The position numbers and the translations under genes were made by a program. Below are positions 59,617-64,000 of a DNA stretch of 64,000 nt, piece after piece; position 1 is the stretch's first letter; every line of letters begins with the position of its first letter. Location of the stretch: positions 3,792,418 through 3,856,417 of the forward strand of contig OZ220743.1 in assembly GCA_965116965.1 (NCBI GenBank). Reading direction: 5' to 3'. The DNA is from Acidimicrobiales bacterium (lineage in GTDB: Bacteria; Actinomycetota; Acidimicrobiia; Acidimicrobiales; Aldehydirespiratoraceae). The notes beneath the pieces are model-generated. The model ran no database searches and was not told where the DNA came from. It saw only the letters and a list, made by a program, of their open reading frames with translations.

Positions 59617-60776
59617 GGCTGCACCTTCCCATCGGCGGCGCCGGCCAGCTCCACCGCCCGGCGGGCGGCGTCCAGCATCGTCGGCTCCATCATCAGGGCG
59701 CCGCTCAGGTGGGGTTCCAGCAGTTCCCGGCCCTCGGCCGCGTTGGTGCCGTCGAGGCGGATCACGATGGGTGAGTCGATGTCCACCCGGCGAGTGGCCT
59801 CGATGATGCCGTTGGCGATCTCCTCGCCGCGGGTGATGCCCCCGAAGATGTTGATCAGGATGGCCCGCACCGCGGGATCGTTGTTGATGACCTCCAGCGC
59901 ACCCGCCATGACCTCAGCGTTGGCGCCTCCGCCGATGTCGAGGAAGTTGGCCGGACTGCCCCCCACCTGGTTCACGACGTCCACGGTGCTCATGGCCAAG
60001 CCCGCGCCGTTGGCGATCACCCCGACCGAGCCGTCCAGGCCCACGTACTGGAGCCGCTTGGCGTGGGCGGCCTGCTCCCGCTCGTCGCGGGTCTGGGTGG
60101 CGTCGTAGGTGGCGTAGTCGTCGTGGCGGAACGTGCTGTTGGCGTCGAGGGTGACCTTGGAGTCGAGCAGCACCACGTCGCCGCCGGAGGTCAAGATGAG
60201 CGGGTTGACCTCGACCAGGTCGGCGTCGGCATCCACGTAGGCGCCATACAGGGTCACCAGCACATCGGTCACCGCGTCGGCCACGGAGCCGGGGATGCGG
60301 GCTGCCTTCACCCACTGGCGGCACGCCGGTTGCGTCAGGCCGTCCACCGGGTCGATGTGGATGCGGGCGATGGCGTCGGGGTCGCGGGCGGCCACGGTCT
60401 CGACGTCCACGCCGCCCTCGGCCGACAGCATCCCCAGGTGCTTGCGGGCGGAGCGGTCGAGAGTGAAGCTGGCGTAGTACTCCTCGGCGATGTCGGACGC
60501 CTGCTCTATCCAGAGACGGCGCACGATGTGGCCCGAGATGTCGAGGCCCAGGATGCCGGCGGCATGGCTGCGCACCGCGTCGAGGTCCGCGGCCAGCTTC
60601 ACGCCCCCGGCCTTGCCCCGTCCTCCGGTGTGGACTTGGGCCTTCACCACGACGGGCAGTCCGAGCCTGGAGGCCACGGCTGCAGCGTCGTCGGGCGAGA
60701 ACGCCACTTCGCCCGTGGGCACCGGCAGCCCGTACCGGGCGAACAGCTCCTTGCCCTGGTGCTCGAACAGATCCAC
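59613..60776 (-). CDS. sucC: succinate--CoA ligase subunit beta
   Basis: 'MDLFEHQGKELFARYGLPVP', ATP-grasp domain, 'GGRGKAGGVK', 'NIFGGITR'. 4-nt overlap with sucD. Confidence 0.97.
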
Positions 60777-60783
60777 GAGCGGC

Positions 60784-60811
60784 GATACTAGGCCGCGATG
60801 CCCGTTTCCCG
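60784..60811 (+). repeat. direct repeat unit 1 (duplicated translation-start region)
   Basis: gatactaggccgcgATGcccgtttcccg versus unit 2 gcgataggccgcgATGcctgtttcccg (60848-60874). The unit 1 ATG (60798) opens an 18-codon ORF MPVSRSSATTGPANRLRR*. Confidence 0.7.
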
Positions 60812-60847
60812 ATCCTCGGCCACCACTGGACCGGCGAACCGTTTGAG

Positions 60848-60874
60848 GCGATAGGCCGCGATGCCTGTTTCCCG
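60848..60874 (+). repeat. direct repeat unit 2 (contains the start of the 163-aa ORF)
   Basis: See unit 1. The ATG at 60861 starts MPVSRGQRPD... Confidence 0.7.
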
Positions 60875-61352
60875 CGGACAGCGGCCCGACCTGCGTTCCG
60901 CCGTCGTGGTGGGCCTGGCGGGCGTGGCGGTCGCGCTGGGTCTGGCGCTGGCGGTACTACTGCTGGCCCGCGGTGGCGGCGACGTTGAGATCCGCCTCGG
61001 CGACCGGGACTTCCGCGACATGGAGACCGGCCGGATCAGCGCTGAGATCGCCGATCGGGGGCCGATCCTGTTCGGTGACGTGGCCGACGGCGAGCTCGAC
61101 ATCATCCTGCAGCATCTCGGGGACGATCCTGAGTCGGGATGGCTGGCGTTCGAGGCCCGCCGGCCGGGCCAGAGCCGGGACTGCTTCTTCGAGTGGCAGG
61201 CCGAGCAGGCCGAGTTCGTGAACACTTGCGACCCAGACGACGTCGTGGACGCGGCGGGCACCGGCTTGCGCCACTTCAGCGTGGCTGTCGTGGACGGCGA
61301 CGTCCGGGTCGACATCAACCCAGAGGCCGAGCGGACAGGCCGCGATCCGTGA
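60861..61352 (+). CDS. hypothetical membrane-anchored protein
   Basis: 163 aa with one N-terminal TM helix (VVVGLAGVAVALGLALAVLLLA) and a soluble domain with two Cys. The stop is supplied by repeat copy 4. Confidence 0.55.
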   Translation: MPVSRGQRPDLRSAVVVGLAGVAVALGLALAVLLLARGGGDVEIRLGDRDFRDMETGRISAEIADRGPILFGDVADGELDIILQHLGDDPESGWLAFEARRPGQSRDCFFEWQAEQAEFVNTCDPDDVVDAAGTGLRHFSVAVVDGDVRVDINPEAERTGRDP

Positions 61353-61420
61353 GAGTCTCTGCCATCCACCGAGCGAGGCCGTGGCCCGAGCGGCCCGTGA
61401 GCGAAGCGAACAAGAGCGGG
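61318..61420 (+). repeat. dispersed repeat, copy 4
   Basis: Identical 48-nt core (61373-61420). The 5' arm aligns with copy 1, including the TGA used as a stop by the upstream gene. Ends about 30 nt before the AlaX start. Confidence 0.85.
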
Positions 61421-61452
61421 CATTCACCGCTGACGCGCACACTGGAGGCCCT

Positions 61453-62181
61453 ATGGCTGACGTGAACCCCACCGACCGGATATTCCTGCGCGACGCCCAG
61501 TGCCGGGCCTTCGACGCCACCGTGGTCGCGGTCGACGACGACGGCCGGGTGGCCCTCGACGCAACCGCCTTCTACGCCACCAGCGGCGGCCAGCCCCACG
61601 ACACCGGCACGCTGAGCTTCCACGGCGGCACGGCGGCGGTGACCGACGTGAGGGGCCACGACGTGGTGTGGCACACCCTCGACGCCCCGGCCCCGCCCGT
61701 AGGCACGCCGGTGCACGGGGAGCTCGACTGGGAGCGCCGCCATGCCCTGATGCGCACCCACACCGCGCTGCACATCCTGTGCGGGGTGATCTGCAACACC
61801 TGGGGCGTGTCGGTTACCGGCGGGAACATGGCCCCGCTGTCGGCTCGCATGGACTTCGAGTTCGATCCGTTGCCAGAGGGGTTCGCGGCGCAGGTCACCG
61901 AACTGGTCAACGCCGAGATCGCGGCCGACCGTCCGATCGAGATCTCGTTCCTGCCCCGGGCCGAGGCCCTGGCCGATGAGGACCTGATCCGCACCAAGGT
62001 CAACCTCATACCGGAGTCGGTGACCGAGATCCGGGTGGTCGACATCGTCGGGCTGGACAAGCAGGCCGACGGGGGTACCCACCTTCCCTCCACCGGAGAG
62101 GTGGGCCGTTTCGAGGTGGTCAAGACCGAATCGAAGGGCAAGGCCAACAAGCGCCTGCGCATCGCAGTCCACGACATCTGA
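61453..62181 (+). CDS. alaX: alanyl-tRNA editing protein (AlaX-type, Thr/Ala-tRNA synthetase second additional domain)
   Basis: 'RTHTALHIL' (HxxxH) and 'KQADGGTH' zinc/editing motifs. GGAGG lies 5 nt upstream of ATG 61453. Confidence 0.85.
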   Translation: MADVNPTDRIFLRDAQCRAFDATVVAVDDDGRVALDATAFYATSGGQPHDTGTLSFHGGTAAVTDVRGHDVVWHTLDAPAPPVGTPVHGELDWERRHALMRTHTALHILCGVICNTWGVSVTGGNMAPLSARMDFEFDPLPEGFAAQVTELVNAEIAADRPIEISFLPRAEALADEDLIRTKVNLIPESVTEIRVVDIVGLDKQADGGTHLPSTGEVGRFEVVKTESKGKANKRLRIAVHDI

Positions 62182-62262
62182 CAGGATCGTTCTCTTGCAC
62201 AGCAAGGGCGCGAAAGATAATGTGAACCCTGGAGGTTGGCTCGACAGAGTTATGGATATACA

Positions 62263-62682
62263 ATGAGTTTCATGGAGATTGCGATCATTTCTGTGATGGG
62301 TGCCGGGCTGCTCGGGTTCCTCGGCATCCTGGTTCAGTATCTGTTCGGCCAGAACGCCCAGCGTGGCGACGATCACGTTGCCGCGCTGGGCGCCATCCAC
62401 GAACAGGGCATAGCAATGGAACGGCTTCACTCGGCGACCGTCGACTTGATCCAGCAGAGCGCCCTCGCGGCGCGTCAGCACGCCGACGACCTGCACCGCG
62501 AGGCCATGGACGCCATCACCGCCCAGGGCACCCGCATGCAAGAACTCCACACCAAAGCCATAGACGCCATCACCGCGCTGGACCGCGAGCACCGCGAGCA
62601 CCGGGAGAAGCTGCACACCGAGACGATGGCCCAGATCGCCGCGCTCAGCGAGCGGACGGCGGTGCTCGAGACCAAGATCTGA
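62263..62682 (+). CDS. hypothetical membrane-anchored coiled-coil protein with internal repeats
   Basis: N-terminal TM helix (IAIISVMGAGLLGFLGILVQYLF), then three repeats of the L-H-x-(E/K)-(A/T)-(M/I)-(D/A)-(A/Q)-I-(T/A)-A type. Start uncertain (TTG 62236, ATG 62263 or ATG 62272). Confidence 0.5.
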   Translation: MSFMEIAIISVMGAGLLGFLGILVQYLFGQNAQRGDDHVAALGAIHEQGIAMERLHSATVDLIQQSALAARQHADDLHREAMDAITAQGTRMQELHTKAIDAITALDREHREHREKLHTETMAQIAALSERTAVLETKI

Positions 62683-62861
62683 GCCGGCGCGGCGTCGCTT
62701 CTGCCTGACGCCTCCTGCGACTCCACGGCCAGACTGCCGCACTCTCAGTCGCGGCGCGCGGCAAGAGTCCCGGCTAGCAGCTTGCGGAAGGTTGCAGAAG
62801 TCCACAAGACTGCGCCGATGCTCTATGGGCCGATCCGCAGGTAGCTACGGGGGGGGGGACT

Positions 62862-63455
62862 ATGCCGGCGTGCCCCAAGTGCGGCCGTTCCATGGTCCGC
62901 CGCACCGCCCGGCAGGGGCCCAACACGGGGGACGAATTCTGGGGCTGCCCGGCCTTTCCGCGATGCCGCGGGAATAGGCCGATCTCGAACGAGGACAATG
63001 CCGCCACAAAGCCCCCGCAACCGATTCGCGAACGTTTCGAGGACGCCGGATCTCTGCGGCAATCCGGAATGGCAGGACTCCGGCCGTCGGCCGAGACGCG
63101 GCACGGGGCACCGGAGACTGGCGAGCCGGCCGCGGCCCGCAGCGGCGGGCGGCTTCGCGTGCCGTGGCGTGATGCCACTCTGACGGCGCGGAGGAGGCAC
63201 GGGTGGCGCGCCCGCTACGCCACTGTGGGCGCTTCGCTTCGATCCATTCCTGACGCCCGCTTCGCCACACTGTCCAACTGCTGGGTAGCAAGGTCCGACC
63301 ACGCCCCATCGGCAGGACCCGGCGTTTGCAGCAACGCATCAACGAGGTTGAGGAGACCATCTCCCGGATTCCGCAACGGCAGCAGAGAAAGCTCGGTCTT
63401 GGCTGACGTCCGTCTGACTGTCTCCTGGGGAGGGTCGGCTCTGAGCCGGAGCTAG
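62862..63455 (+). CDS. topoisomerase-type C4 zinc-ribbon protein, probably a decayed gene
   Basis: 'CPKCGRSMVRRTARQGPNTGDEFWGCPAFPRCRG' is a zf-C4_Topoisom-like ribbon. The remaining ~150 aa are Arg/Ser/Gly-rich with no recognisable fold. The 3' end overlaps the helicase stop. Confidence 0.4.
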   Translation: MPACPKCGRSMVRRTARQGPNTGDEFWGCPAFPRCRGNRPISNEDNAATKPPQPIRERFEDAGSLRQSGMAGLRPSAETRHGAPETGEPAAARSGGRLRVPWRDATLTARRRHGWRARYATVGASLRSIPDARFATLSNCWVARSDHAPSAGPGVCSNASTRLRRPSPGFRNGSRESSVLADVRLTVSWGGSALSRS

Positions 63456-64000
63456 ATCTTCTCGAGCGGGGTCCACAAGAGCACCAATCGCTTCTCGCCG
63501 ACGCTGGCGAAATGCACCGACGCCTCAGGCTCGCTCCTCGTGCTGTCGATGTCGACGATCACGCCCTCGCCCCACTGGGCGTGGCGCACGTCGTCTCCCA
63601 CCCGAAGGCCCAGGCGGTCGGCCCCCGACGGGGAGGGTGCGGGTCGCCGGCCGGCGTCGAGGGCCCGCTCCACGATCTCGTCGCGGTTGGCCGACCGTCG
63701 CTCAACGGCGCGCCCGCCGCTGTCCGCCGTGCGCACTCTAGGAGTGCGGCTGCCAGCAGCCGGCAACCGCTCGTCGTGGGTCTGCGACGAGCCGTAGCCT
63801 GAGGCGATTCCTGCGCGATATCGGCTCCGCCGCAGTCGCGGGCTAAGGATTACCTCAAGGTTCTCTTTGCGAATTTCTTTGAGAAACGTGCTCTGCGGAT
63901 TGTACTGGCGGGTTCCGTGCAACCACCGGCTCGACGCGTGGGTCAACGTGAGACGTGTCATTGCCCGTGTGATCCCCACATAGGCGAGGCGGCGCTCCTC
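63452..64000 (-). CDS. ATP-dependent DNA helicase, UvrD/PcrA family, 3' part (continues beyond the window)
   Basis: 'EERRLAYVGITRAMTRLTLTHA...YNPQSTFLKEI' (helicase motif VI region) and the C-terminal 'GDDVRHAQWGEGVIVDI...VHFASVGEKRLVL' Tudor-like tail. Confidence 0.85.
   Translation of the reverse strand, partial: EERRLAYVGITRAMTRLTLTHASSRWLHGTRQYNPQSTFLKEIRKENLEVILSPRLRRSRYRAGIASGYGSSQTHDERLPAAGSRTPRVRTADSGGRAVERRSANRDEIVERALDAGRRPAPSPSGADRLGLRVGDDVRHAQWGEGVIVDIDSTRSEPEASVHFASVGEKRLVLLWTPLEKI

Overview
High-G+C (by eye about two-thirds G+C, Actinomycetota-like) chromosomal window with roughly 60 credible protein genes. I found no rRNA, tRNA or CRISPR array. Housekeeping genes: ileS, class I ribonucleotide reductase (nrdAB-like), purH, sucCD, an AlaX editing protein and the 3' end of a UvrD/PcrA helicase. 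Metabolic blocks: (i) a betaine-type module (MttB-family methyltransferase, M24 hydrolase, ProXWV-type ABC importer); (ii) a LivF-like ATPase/FAH/ALDH operon with a divergent MarR gene; (iii) a gamma-glutamylation plus P450 cluster resembling amine catabolism (GS-like ligase, two amidotransferase-type proteins, P450, LigB dioxygenase, ACAD, hydrolase); (iv) a second P450, a citrate-synthase-like gene, an LLM oxidoreductase, a TauD dioxygenase and a homocysteine S-methyltransferase. The accessory content is heavy. Eight type II toxin-antitoxin loci are present and three of them are decayed. Two paralogous RHH-MazF modules lie in inverted orientation on either side of ileS, which is itself bounded by truncated genes. 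A mosaic region that looks lower in G+C (about 26.1-39.5 kb) carries a split small ORF plus an Abi_2 gene, an m6A methyltransferase with a XamI-like endonuclease, and an m5C methyltransferase gene cut by a 1,414-bp ISL3-type IS (8-bp target duplication, frameshifted transposase). Directly after the IS sits an intact, clearly AT-richer gene for a 672-aa GHKL ATPase fused to a PD-(D/E)xK nuclease-like C-terminus, overlapping the methyltransferase stop codon. This is my top candidate for an uncharacterised restriction/defence effector. Two dispersed repeat families have no obvious annotation: a ~100-nt element with an identical 48-nt core (4 copies, possibly a fifth partial) and a 102-bp long-hairpin element (2 copies, each between convergent genes). 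All functional calls come from motif recognition by eye and need HMM/BLAST confirmation.
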